A DNA stretch of 64,000 bases from Eledone cirrhosa (lineage: Eukaryota): positions 33,852,001-33,916,000 of the forward strand of contig OZ024753.1 of assembly GCA_964016885.1 (NCBI GenBank), written 5' to 3'. Within the stretch, counting starts at the first letter, position 1; every line of letters begins with the position of its first letter. The notes beneath the pieces are model-generated. The model was not told the DNA's origin. It was given only the letters and a program-made list of their open reading frames with translations, and did not search any database. The position numbers and the translations under genes were made by a program. Shown piece after piece: positions 27,911 to 41,289 of the stretch.

Positions 27911-29015
27911 TGGTGGCTGCCAACTCGTTTTCGAGTACGGCCACTACTTTATATCCATGTAGGAGAACCCCTACCGATGCGCTGAACAAGTGCGACTTTT
28001 TAGTCCAGCCAGCGACTTGAAAACTCTGGTACAAACACTACACTTGTGACAATTATTGACACATAGTGCTGGGCCCATGGTACCATGTGACGACAAGTGC
28101 AGAGAGATCTCCAGATATAAAGCAATGCCTGTGTCGTGAAGCTTTTATAGTGAGCAAAGGCACTGCACAAAGCCAGTCCCACTCTCTTAACCAAGATGAT
28201 ATTTACCAAAAAGAAGAATAAGTCAACATAATTTGATACCATCAGGGTTGCAGGTGTTATATCAGAGTATTCCTTCTCCTAGAATTCTGCCTTGACAAAT
28301 GCTAAGGGGTCATCTCTCCCGTACATACATACATACATACATACATACATACATACATACATACATACATACATACATACATACATACATACATACATAC
28401 ATACATGGTGGCTGCCAACTCGTTTTCGAGTACGGCCACTACTTTATATCCATGTAGGAGAACCCCTACCGAAGCGCTGAACGAGGGTGACTTTTTAGTC
28501 CAGCCAGCAACTTGAAAACTCTGGTACACACACTACACTTGTGACAATTATTAACACATAGTGCTGGGCCCATGGTACCATGTGACGACAAGTGCAGAGA
28601 GATCTCCAGATATAAAGCAATGCCTGTGTCGTGAAGATTTTATAGTGAGCAAAGGCACTGCACAAAGCCAGTCCCACTCGCTTAACCAAGATGATATTTA
28701 CCAAAAAGAAGAATAAGTCAACATCATTGGATACCATCAGGGTTGCAGGTGTTAGATCAGAGTTTTCCTTCTCCTAGAATTCTGCCTTGACAAAGGCTAA
28801 GGGGTCATCTCTCCCGGTGATTTTGGATGGCCATTGACTCTTAAGAGCTCCTTTGCCCTTTGACAGGTTTTGTTTTTAGTCCTGCAGGATGTCCAAAGTC
28901 ACCCTCCTCACCAAGAAACCTTGGTGGGGTTGCCAGTTTAGTCGCCAACGACCCGACCATGAGACAGGTTGTACTGGGATACATGTTACCAGTAGCACCA
29001 ACTGGTGACCTGACA
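27911..29015 (-). mobile_element. Tandem pair of a ~607-bp non-autonomous RTE-like element (27911-28321 5'-truncated; 28406-29015 full) with (TGTA)n tails
   Basis: Four highly similar copies in the window; CTAGGAGAAGGAAAACTCTGA resembles RTE 5'-UTR sequence; microsatellite tail. Confidence 0.75.
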
Positions 29016-29125
29016 TAACATATATACATACATACATACATTACATATATACATACATTACATATATGCATATATATATATATACATATGCATATATATA
29101 TATATATATGCATACATATATATGC

Positions 29126-29230
<105 letters not shown>

Positions 29231-29646
29231 GGGAGGGGGTTTTTACAGATACGCTTCGCTACTTATACAGATATAGCTATTTCATGTTATGTCTTGGCAA
29301 TTCTTTACGGAAAGAAAATTCCTTTGTAACAAGCTATCATTTTACAGTTCTCTTTTTTATCTTCATTTTTCACACAGAAGAATATGATAGCTAAATCTAT
29401 AACTTGACATATATCAAACAGAAGTAATGAGAAAATATGGCAAGCAAATTGTGTATTGGTAGTATATCCTTTAGAAATTGCCACATGTGAGGCATTTTCT
29501 TTTGCTTCGATAATAATAGAATTCCTTCCCTAAGTTGACATCGTTAGAGAATACCATGTTTCTGTGTATGATATACATGCCTCTATTTGTATTTATTTTT
29601 ATTTTCGTTTTGTATTTTTTTTAATGTTTATACCTTCATATATAAC

Positions 29647-29734
<88 letters not shown>

Positions 29735-30092
29735 CTTAAGGCGTAAGAAATAGACTTATTTAAAGAATATAGTTATAAAGCGATATGTGGATAGATAGAT
29801 ATATTTCTATTTATTGCCACGAGGGCGCAAAAGAAGGGGACAAATACAAGGGGGCTCTTTACACAAAAAGGCGAGTAAAGAAAACAAATAAATATAAAAT
29901 TAACAATAATGTCCTCAATAGGGAGGAGGCGTCTTGGGGGGTCGCACCCCCCCCCCCCCCGAATAAGGTGTGCAAATCTTCTCCTCAGGAGCACAGAGAG
30001 AGGGTGCTCCAGACAGACAAATAGTGAGGCGGGAAAACATGCAGTTAGATAGGCAGGGGGATAGACAGACAGGCGGACAAACGGGCGAATGA

Positions 30093-30155
<63 letters not shown>

Positions 30156-30184
30156 TAGAGACAGGCTGGCAGATAGATAGATAA

Positions 30185-31130
30185 ATTTCTTTATTAGCCA
30201 CAAGGGTACAAAAGAAGGGGACAAATACAAATGGGGAGTTTACATACAGGTATATGAAAATAAAACTATTAATAAAATAACAAATAACAATTGATATCCC
30301 CAATAGGGGGAGGCGTTACACAGGGGTTGTACACACCCCGAAAAAATGTACAACCCTCATCTCCAGGAGCACCAAGAGTGAGTACTCCCTTCCTCTCTTC
30401 CTCTTTTTCCTCAACCTACAGGCTTATATAGAAGAGAAGGCCCAACCACTCGGGCCATCTTTGCCACATCACCCACCTTTTATAAAATTTGCTGGGGTAC
30501 AGCACCTCTCTCTCCATCCTGATTCTTCTTCCAAAATGATATTTGAAAAAACGAATCAGTTGCTCGCCGGAGAGAAAGGTGTCTGACCTCAGCCCTTTTA
30601 ACCTCGTCCACCATATAACCTCTTTCACCATAGCCAAAACACATAGGAAAACCGCCTCTCCCTCGTTTTTGAAGGAGGGTGGCGGTTTGATCATGACAAT
30701 GGACTCGGTGGTCAACTGGATTGGTCCCACTCGCGACAATAGTCGTTCTACATAGCCCCACAGGTCGGTAACGCCCGGGCAGTGTACAAATGCGTGCGCG
30801 ACGGGTTCCTCGTCGAGCACGCATCTCGGACAGATCTTTTTCGAAGGGTCCCTACCCGGACGCCCGTGTCTGTAGAGCTTGTCTCAAACTGGTAGAGCTC
30901 CTCGGTAGCACTGCCAGGCCAGGGACTTTTGGAAGTTGTCCATTGGTCCCGGACTTTGGAAGTTGTCCATTGGTCCTGGCCAGTTCGTTCTCCTCTACGC
31001 CTAGAGTTTCTCCGAGCGTGTCGTCGCACTTGATGCGGACCAACCCTCTATAGAATGTCGAAGTGGAGTCTCCACTGATCGCCGGGTCCGTTTGCCAGAG
31101 GACTGTGAACGCCTGAGCACTTTCGATGGC
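30185..31130 (-). mobile_element. Tx1/L1-clade LINE 3' fragment (C-terminal Zn-binding region plus 3'UTR)
   Basis: ...EEPVAHAFVHCPGVTDLW...VKEVIWWTR resembles the C-terminal CCHC region of Tx1/L1 ORF2; frameshifted; ends AATAAAGAAAT then (CTAT)n. Related 3' ends at ~29803-30045 and 31147-31197. Confidence 0.75.
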
Positions 31131-31199
31131 TAGATAGATAGATAGATTTCTTTATTTGCCACAAGGGCGCACAAGAAAGGGGGAAATACAAAGACACAT

Positions 31200-31243
<44 letters not shown>

Positions 31244-31244
31244 T

Positions 31245-31299
<55 letters not shown>

Positions 31300-31684
31300 T
31301 GTTCTATGGTGTGTTGGTGAATGTCTTTATTTACAAACGGAAACGGGTTCTCAATACATAAAGGAGAATCAATATGATTGGCGCTGAACTTTCTTGAGGT
31401 TCATGCTACCGATTATTCAAACGATTGAAATAGGGAAACAACATGACAGTATATAAGCAAGATATTTACATGGAAATATGCTAATCTAGAGAATATCGAA
31501 ATATGATTGGTTACCGAATAAACATTAGAAAATGGATGACAGATTGATATATTCATCTGTCATGTTATATAGATATGAAATATTTTCATCTATTCATGTG
31601 CAAAAACACGATTAGTTGCTTTTACTACTTATTTGTTTTTTTATGATATAGCTCTAAAATATACTTATTAATAAATTGTGTGTG

Positions 31685-31793
<109 letters not shown>

Positions 31794-32058
31794 ATATGCA
31801 TATGTATGTATGTGTGTGAATTTAATATCTCTAAGCATATACAGTATGTTTAATAAATAAACATTTTGAAAGCCTCAGCTATGAATAGAAGGCTGACGGC
31901 CAGTGCCGTCTAGCGGAATCCAGCAGAAACAGCGGGGGATAATTGTCTATGCATTTAGAACTGGGTGTGTATGTGTGTGTGGTGTTTGCATATGAGTAGT
32001 ATGCGTGTATGTGAAAGCATGTATGCATGCAGACGCATACAAATGTGTATATATACAT

Positions 32059-32133
<75 letters not shown>

Positions 32134-32605
32134 AGTGTACCAGTATATGAGTATACATTAATGCTGTTATACTTCTTAATATCTCAATTAACCTTTGTTT
32201 CCGTAATCAAAGCATCTGTTAATAAAAATTGTTTTGCATCGAAAGTTTAAATTATCCAAACTATTTATCAATACGCCTAGCAGGGTTATATTGTTGTTTG
32301 ATCATAGTTGATCACAATAATAGTGTTAGTTCTTTCATGCTGCTTTGACTATTAACATAACTCGTTCAGTATGTTTACTGAACTATAACATTTTATAGCC
32401 CAGCTTTCTTTCATGAAGCTTCATATTTACAAATACGTCTTAATTACTTTATGTTGGTAAGGCCGCTGGCATTGTTGAATAGTTAAAAAGTGAGTTTTAC
32501 AACCATGAGGTCGCGTGTTCTATACCACAGTGCAATGATCTAAGACTTGGGTGAGAAAATTTGAGACGACTGAAAGAATGTTTAACCGCATAAATTGGAT
32601 TGTAT

Positions 32606-33140
32606 GGCGGCGAATTGGCAGAATCGTTAGAACGTCGGGTAGAATGCTCTATGGTATACATTCCAGTTCTCTTCTCTCTGAGTTCAAATCCTGCCGAGGT
32701 CAACTTTGCCTTTCATCCTTTCGAGGTCAATAAAAAAAAGTACTAGTCTAGTATTGGTGAAGGCGTGTGGCTGAGTGGTTAGAGAATCTTGAGGTTGTGA
32801 GTTCGATTCCTGGACCGGGCGATACGTTATGTCCTTGAGCAAGACACTTTATTTCACGTTGCTCCTTCTACCTGGAGTTGCGACCGATAGATAGTATTAA
32901 CAACTGGAAAGACCAACGGAAACATTGTTTCCGCGGTCCGATTTGACGAAAGTCGATCGATGCTTCGATCCTTCTAGTCTAGTATTGGAGTCGATTCTTC
33001 CTCTACATCTCTTTCTCACTTTTTATCTTTCTCTGGAAGAAATCTGCTGTACTCCGGCCCGGAGACAAATGGACTCCGCCAGGCTTAGAATAACCAAGAA
33101 ACGCCGTATGTCAATACAGCGGCCCTATGACTCTATCGGG
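32606..33140 (+). mobile_element. Old SINE interrupted by a second tRNA-derived SINE (32758-32973) with a 15-bp TSD
   Basis: CTAGTCTAGTATTGG at 32743-32757 and 32974-32988; insert has TGGCTGAGTGG and GTTCGATTCC boxes; host is homologous to 37972-38290. Confidence 0.8.
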
Positions 33141-33536
33141 CGTTATGTGACCATACACACATATAAGGTGGATTGTACCTGTAATTTAAAGAACCAGCCG
33201 TGCCACACACTGTATCACGATAAATCTCAGAGTGGATAATGAATGTATGCCATTGGTAGTTCTGTAATATTCACCTTAGATGCACCACAGGCATGTAGTT
33301 AGTAGTGTGTCATTCACATTACCAACATATTGAAAATGGATGTCAGATCTTTGAGAAAGGATGTCTGCGATAATACATTGTTGATTCGGGCTATTACTTT
33401 GCAGGTAATAATTAGTTATAGTTATAATATCCGCAACTCAACGATAATTGAGTTAATAAGGCTAGACAGAAAATCATGATACATAATGACTGCATTTAGA
33501 ATAGGCCACATAAAATCTGACAGAAAGATTATATTT

Positions 33537-33618
<82 letters not shown>

Positions 33619-33848
33619 CGGGGGTGGGGTAGTGGTGGTAGCATAGATACCATGATGTTGGGGTTATAATGATATTGCTGGCGATATTGGCGTTGCTGTT
33701 GATTGTGTAGTAATGAGGTGATTTCATTGGTATTGGTGGTATTGTTGGTAAAGAGATAGTTTGGTAGTTGAGATGATAGTATTGGTATTGGGGGGAGGCG
33801 TTGATTCAAAGTTAGTGCGTTAGTGGGGTTGATAGTATTGAATCTATG

Positions 33849-34127
33849 GCAAACTCCCTCGAGCCTCTGCCCTTCTAAAATCCCGGAGAGCTCAATTTGC
33901 TGGCCACTGTCACCGTGCCAGCAATGAAATCATATCCGGCTCTCTTGCTCTGGAACCCTGACTCCAGCCTGACTAGGAGTAGGAAGCTGTCATTCCCTGA
34001 CGTTATCTCTAGGGATACGGGAATCAGTAGACAGGACCTGGGGCAGCGATGGGGGACAGGGAATTCTGGGGCATGAGGGTGAGATCCATCATCTCGACAG
34101 TAGTCGACGAATGATGATGATGATGAT
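33849..34127 (+). mobile_element. Second RTE-clade LINE 3' fragment, frameshifted, with (TGA)n tail
   Basis: Joined frames read RRAQFAGHCHRASNEIIS / LLLWNPDSSLTRSRKLSFPDVISRDTG / AMGDREFW, parallel to the 705-1062 peptide. Confidence 0.75.
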
Positions 34128-34129
34128 GT

Positions 34130-35170
34130 ATTGACATTGGTGGCAGTGTTGGTGTTGCTGTTGATAGTGTGGTAGTGGGGCAATAGTATTGATTTTGGAG
34201 GCGGTGTTGGTACAGAGATAGCGTGATAGTGGTTTAATAGTATTGATATTGGACGTGATGTTGATATTGGTGTAGGTGGGGTTGTTTTGGTGGTGAAGGG
34301 GGGGGGGGGTCATACTATTGAGATTGGAGATGGTGTTGATATAGATGTAGATGGAGTGCCAGGCAGATATTGAGATTGGAGATGGTGCTGGTAGATAGAG
34401 TCGTGTTGACAGGGGTGAGAATATTGACATCAGAGATGGTGGTGGTGGTATTGATGCAGATGAAGTGGGGTGGTCATGGTTGTGGTAGTGAGGGTGGTGA
34501 TGATGGTGGTGGTGGTGGTGGTGATGGTGGTGGTGGTAGTGGTGGTAGTGATGGTGGTGATGATGGTGGTGGTGGTGGTGATGGTGGCGGTGGTAGTGGT
34601 GGTGGTGGCGGTGGTGGTGGTGGTGGTAGTGGTGGTAGTGATGGTGGTGATGATGGTGGTGGTGGTGATGGTGGCGGTGGTAGTGGTGGTGGTGGTAGTG
34701 GTAGTGGTGGTGGTGGCAGTGGTAGTGGTAGTGGTGGTGGTGGCAGTGGTGGTGGTGGTGGTGGTGGTGGTGGTTGTTGTAGCGGTGGTAGTGATGGTGG
34801 TGATGGTGGTGGTGGTGGTGGTGATGATGGTGATGGTGGTGGTAGTGGCGGTGGTAGTGGTGGTGGTGGTAGTGGTAGTGGTAGTGGCAGCGGTGGTGGT
34901 GGTGGTGGTGGTGGTGAAGTAATATCGATACTGGAGAGAGTGTTGATACAGGCAGGCGTAGATGGAGTCGTATTGACAGGGGTTATAATATTGACATCAG
35001 AGATGGTGGTGGTATTGATGCAGATGGAGTGGGGGGTGCTGATGGCTTGGGGTGGGAGGGGGGTTAATAATATCGAGATTGAAGAGGGTGTTGATACAGG
35101 TGTAGATGGAGTCATGCTTGTAGGGGTGGTCATATTCACACTGGAGTTGGTGTTAGTATTGGTGTGGGTG
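34130..35170. repeat. Degenerate G/T-rich tandem array with internal (GGT)n expansion (~34470-34917)
   Basis: ~80-bp direct repeats at ~34391-34472 and ~34958-35038 flank the (GGT)n tract. Confidence 0.8.
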
Positions 35171-35432
35171 GTCCGTTACGTGGTGGATTTTGATAGTGCG
35201 TTCTATCGAGAAAATGGCCGCTATTTTTATGATGACAGCAGTATATGTTTGATGATTATATTTTATTATTGTTTCGCGGGTGTGTGTGTGTTTTTTTGTT
35301 TTGTTTTTTTTGTTTTTTTTTGGGGGGGTGGGGGACTGTATGTGTGTTTATTTGTTTTCATAGCAAACTGTATTTACATCATTATATGTGTTTATTTGGG
35401 TGGGAGTATTTGGGTACCAGTAAAGAATATTT

Positions 35433-35463
<31 letters not shown>

Positions 35464-35519
35464 GTATGTATGTATGTGTGTACATATATATATATGTATG
35501 TGTGTCTGTGTGTATATAC

Positions 35520-35600
<81 letters not shown>

Positions 35601-35707
35601 TACATGCATATATATATATATGTATATACATACATACATACATATATACATACAAATATATACATATATATATATGTATATATACATGTATATATATATA
35701 TATATGC

Positions 35708-35739
<32 letters not shown>

Positions 35740-35924
35740 ATATATATATATGCATGTATGTGTATGTGTATATACATATATATATATATATATACATGCA
35801 TATATATATATATATATATATGTACACACATACACATACATACATAGACACACATACATACATAGACATACATATATATATATGTACACACATACACATA
35901 CATATATAGACAAACATACATACA

Positions 35925-36320
<396 letters not shown>

Positions 36321-37095
36321 TTGTTCAGTCTGTCTATATATTTATTTATTTATTTATTTGCTTGTTTGTTTATCTTATTTTATTTTGTCTTCTTTGCGCA
36401 TGCGTTTGCGTGTGTGTATAGTGTTATGTGTGATGTGTGACTAGTGTGTATAGTGTGTATAGTGTGTATAGTGTATAGTGTATGTGTGACTAGTGTGTAT
36501 AGTGTGTATAGTGTGTATAGTGTGTATAGTGTATAGTGTATAGTGTTGTCTCGCAAAACTAATTCATCGCCGCTATATATATATATATATATGTATATAT
36601 GTGAGTGTGTGTATATATATATTTATATATATATATGTGTTTGTGTGTAAATGTTTGTTTCTTTGTTTATATTTAAAGTATGTGTGCATATGTATGTTCC
36701 ATTATGCGTCTGTATCTGCACGTGGGTGTGTGTATCTTTACGTGGGTGTGAGTATGTATATTCAAACGGAAATAAAAAAATGAATATATTTAAATAAACT
36801 GACAACAAATATTATCCAACACGAAAAAGAACCAAACAAATAAATAAATAAAATAACTTTGAAATAAAATTCAAAAACCAAAAACCAGAAGAACATTTAA
36901 AATACTTCAAATGCTAAAGTATTCCTTCATTCATAAATATTTTATATTTCAGTTACTATTTCTTCATATTTAATAACTGGTGTCTATCGAGGATTTTCAT
37001 ATTTTTTTCTTTTATATATGAAGTACTTTTGTTGTTATTGTTGTTGTTCTTATGTTTGCTACTTGTGTTATCATCATTATCATTGTTATTATTAA

Positions 37096-37285
37096 GGGCG
37101 GTGGATTGGCAGTATCGGTAGAGGGTTTGACGCCATGCTTTCCAGCATAGTTACGTCCCTTCATGATCTGAGTTCAAATCCCGCCGAGGTTGACTTTGCC
37201 TTTCATCCTTACGGGGTCGATAAAATAAAGTACCAGTAATGCACTGGTGAATTGCTGGCCTTGTGCCTAAAGTAGAAACAATTAT
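37096..37285 (+). mobile_element. tRNA-derived SINE, full length
   Basis: Box A, box B and body as at 22409. Confidence 0.9.
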
Positions 37286-37501
37286 CATTGTTATTATGAT
37301 CATAATCAGTAGTAGTGGTAGTAGTAGTGGTAGTGGTGGTGGTAGTAGTAGTAGTAATAGTAGTAGCTGGCAATTTACAATGATGTAAATTACTTTTGCT
37401 AAATATTGTCTGGAGAAAGTTCTTCGTGTGTGTACGTGTATGCACATGTGTAAGTATCTTTGTGCGTGTTTGCATGTATATGTGTGAAGCTTTGTTTGTG
37501 C

Positions 37502-37537
<36 letters not shown>

Positions 37538-37971
37538 GTGTGTGTATGTGTGTCGTGTGTGTGTTCTTTCGTTGTTTACTCTTCTATTTGTAGTTCCATC
37601 AGTGGTTCCACTCTACGAACTATACCAATCTCTCAAATAAACTTTCTAAGGTCAACATTTTCGAAGCAGTGATATTCTATAGATCTATATATATATATTT
37701 TTTTTTTTTAGTATTTTACTGGGGGAGGGGGTGCAGTTGTTTTTTTATTTTCTATTTTAAAAAAAAGTAACTCTGCACCCTCTGATAGATTACTGAGGCT
37801 GAACATAACAGATAATTAGACATAATTAGTGTCTAGTCTGTCTATCTCACACTACTATATTGATGACTGGCTAATGTAAGCTCTCTAAATAGAGAGGACA
37901 AATTTGCAGACAAGAACATTTATATATATATTGTGCTCATGTGATTTAAAATATAGTATCATATCCACTTA

Positions 37972-38502
37972 AGGCGGCGAGTTGGCAGAGTCATTAGAAC
38001 GTCGGATAGAATGACCTGCAGTATTCATTTCGCCTCTCTGCTCTCTGAGTTCAAATTTCGCTGAATCAACTTTGCCTTTCATCCTTTCGAAGTCGATAAA
38101 ATAAAGTACCAGTCTACTACTGGGGTCTTTTTATCACTTCCATGCTCTCACTCTCTCTAGTCTTCTCTGGAAGAAATCTACTGTACTCAAACCTGGAGAG
38201 GAATGGGCTCTACCAGGTTTAGAAGATGCCCTTGAAACGCCGTGTGTCAATATGGCGACTCTTCGACTCCTTCAAGAATTGCGGGACCGTGCTTGCCTGC
38301 ATCATTTCCACATAAAAGTGGATTGGCAGTATCGGTAGAGGGTCGGACGTCATGCTTTGCAGCAAAGAGTTACGGCCCTTTATGATCTGAGTTCAAATCC
38401 CGCCGAGGTTAACTTTGCCTTTCATCCTTACGGGGTCGATAAAATAAAGTACCAGTAATACACTGGGTAATTGCTGGCCTTGTGCCAAAAGTAGAAACAA
38501 TC
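37972..38502 (+). mobile_element. Old long SINE (37972-38290) followed by a younger SINE (38318-38502)
   Basis: Two box A/B heads and two TTTGCCTTTCATCCT bodies. Confidence 0.8.
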
Positions 38503-38634
38503 ATTTCGACATAAAAGTGACGAATTGACAGAATCGTCCGAACGTCGAGTAGAACTTCATTTTACTATCAGAATATTTCCATCTTATCACTAAATATGTT
38601 CCTTCATCAGTCTCTACAACAACAACAATAACAT

Positions 38635-38983
38635 CGACTACCACTACCACTACTACTACTAATAGTGTTGATGTTACTACTACTTCTACTGATACTACTA
38701 CTACTTCTAAACTATTTCTCCTGATGCTGCTACAACTACTACTACTATTACTACTATTGCTACAGCTACTGCTGCTACTACTACTACTACTACTACCTCT
38801 ATTACTACTACTACCCCTACTACTACTAATAGTGTTGATATTACTACTACTTCTACTGATACTACTACTACTTCTACACTATTTCTCCTGATGCTGCTGC
38901 TACTACTACTACTACTATTACTACTATTACTACTATTGCTACTGCTACTGCTACTACTACTACCTCTACTACTACTACTACCT

Positions 38984-39018
<35 letters not shown>

Positions 39019-39020
39019 GC
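38635..39020. repeat. (TAC)n-rich repeat with ~168-bp internal duplication
   Basis: AATAGTGTTGATRTTACTACTACTTCTACTGAT occurs at ~38661 and ~38828. Confidence 0.85.
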
Positions 39021-39141
39021 TATAAATTGTTGAAGCGTTTGTATCTTGGTTCTCAACATTTTGACAGTTCAGTATTTTCCAGGGAGAGGGGAGAAGTGGG
39101 GATGAGAGGAATAAATGATATCCTAAAATAAAATGTTATAC

Positions 39142-39600
39142 AGCAGCCCTCTCGTGGAAGCTGTCTGCAATCCCAGCTCGAGCCGGTGGGGCTGGATCGA
39201 GGGGACGGGAAAAGGCCAGATGGCATAACCATCTTCCCGTTCCGCGGTGGCAAACCCCTCGTCTGGGATGCCACTTGCACCAACACTTTCTGCAACCGCA
39301 ACCTGGTGCAGTCTGCGACTGACCCAGGTTCTGCTGCACGTCGGGCTGAGGGGGCCAAACTCCTCAAATACCGGTCGGTCTCCGACAGGTTTGCGGTCGT
39401 TCCCCTGGCAGTGGAAACTTCTGGTGTCCTCGGCCCCAGGGCTACCTCCTTACTCACCACCATAGGCACTGAGCTGGCCAGCCGTAGGTGTGAGCGTCGC
39501 GAGTTGGAGTGGCTTTTCCAGAGCGTCTCCTTTGCCGTCCTCCGGCGAAACGCCTTCTCCATTGTGTCCGCCGGGGCTGTGGGTGGGCCCCATCGCGTAC
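39142..39600 (+). mobile_element. CRE-clade non-LTR retrotransposon 3' fragment (restriction-like endonuclease domain)
   Basis: EPVGLDRGDGKRPDG...VWDATC...AEGAKLLKY...PLAVETSGVLG...LFQSVSFAVLRRNA; GC-rich island. Confidence 0.82.
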
Positions 39601-41220
39601 CATTACATTAATTAAATACCATTCTTTCAAGTGTAGCACTAGCCAACGTTGTTAATGGGTTTGACTTCTAGACAATGAAATCTACAGTTTCATAGTAAAG
39701 TTATGGCTTTGTAGTAACCACACTAAATCTAAACAGCTGTCAATTCTACTGTGATAATATAGCTGAATTTAATGTCTTGTCTATCGCTCCTCGACGTCAC
39801 AGACATTGCGGCAAAACTCTCCTTCAATTAATACCCTTCCATTTTAAAGAAATGGAATGGAATGATATGACATATTGGATAATGAAAAAATGCCTGGTTA
39901 TGATATATTTAGAAAAGAAACGGGATTGTTGCGACTGGCATATTTACGTTCTTATGTACGTTAGATCAAGGCTGGAATATATCTAACTGTCAGCAACACA
40001 ACAGTAGCAGCAACAACAACAGCAACGACAATGACGGCGATTACCACAAACGACGATAGCAACAAAAACAACAAAATATCAGCGACAACAATTATCACGA
40101 CGATTATGACTATGTGTGTGTGGTGTGTGTGGTGAGTGTGTGTGTGCGTGGTGTGTAAATGTGGGGGGTGTACGTGTGTGTGTGTGGGGGGGGGGTACGT
40201 GTGTTTTCATTGACTATTTTAAGTCCAGTAATGTAGAGGTTCGACAAAGAGAAATCGATAAGATAAGTAATATTTTGGGGAAAATTAGTACTGGCGTTGA
40301 TATAATCGACCGAACCTTTCCAATCGGTGCACCAGCATGGCCGCAGTTTAATGACTGAAACCAGTAAACGAATAAAAGAACATTAATTGACAACATAAGG
40401 TAAGGGCCAACGAGTGAGTCCCTAGGTTGGAGGTTGGGGTTACGTTAGCGGTTGGGAATAGTTGATAATTGATACTATAGCGTAGGAAATAATTCTTTCT
40501 TTTTTTTAATCAAATTTTGCATCTAAAACTTTGCTGCAATGTTGTATATGTTGAATATGAATTACATTTATTTAATTTTTGCAAAAGTTCAGAGCTACCA
40601 TTGCTCCTTTATAAAGTCTGTGTCTAGCTTTATTTGTTTCTCCCAAAATTAATGCTTGTTTCAAATATTAAACAATGTGTTTAAGTAATCGAACACGCTG
40701 TCCGTCCTATGGTATCATTTAGTTTCTATTCTTTTTTTAGTATAATGAGGGTTTCTAATGTTTTCGTAATTATATTAAACATTATTTGATTGGCTACTAA
40801 TTAAACAAATGCTGCAGAATTGACTGAGATAAATTCGTCACAGCCCAGAGCTGCATTGCATATTAAATATTTAACAGAAATGTTGCTGCTGTTACTGATA
40901 TGGTAGTGAGTGTTACAAAATTTCTGTTTCATCTCCTATAAATATGAATTCCTTTGTTTATAGAAGAAATCTAAGCCAATCCTGCCCCCCCCCCCTCTGT
41001 ATTTATGCTAATTCTGACAGCTTGAATGAGGCATATGAGAGGAACAATGGAAAAAGAATGCTCGTGATAATGACGTTAACATCAGTGACGAAATATAGAT
41101 TTTACACAAGCATATGAGATTATTACCGAAAGTTTCATTTATGTAAATTTATAGTGTGAAGGAAAAACTAAAATTCGTTCTCTCTCTACAAACACTCTCT
41201 CTCACACACTCTCTCTCTAT

Positions 41221-41289
<69 letters not shown>

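Noticed and set aside
28000-28737. Repeated 80-aa ORF MVSNDVDLFFFLVN...
   Set aside because: Recurs only because the element is repeated; no recognisable domain
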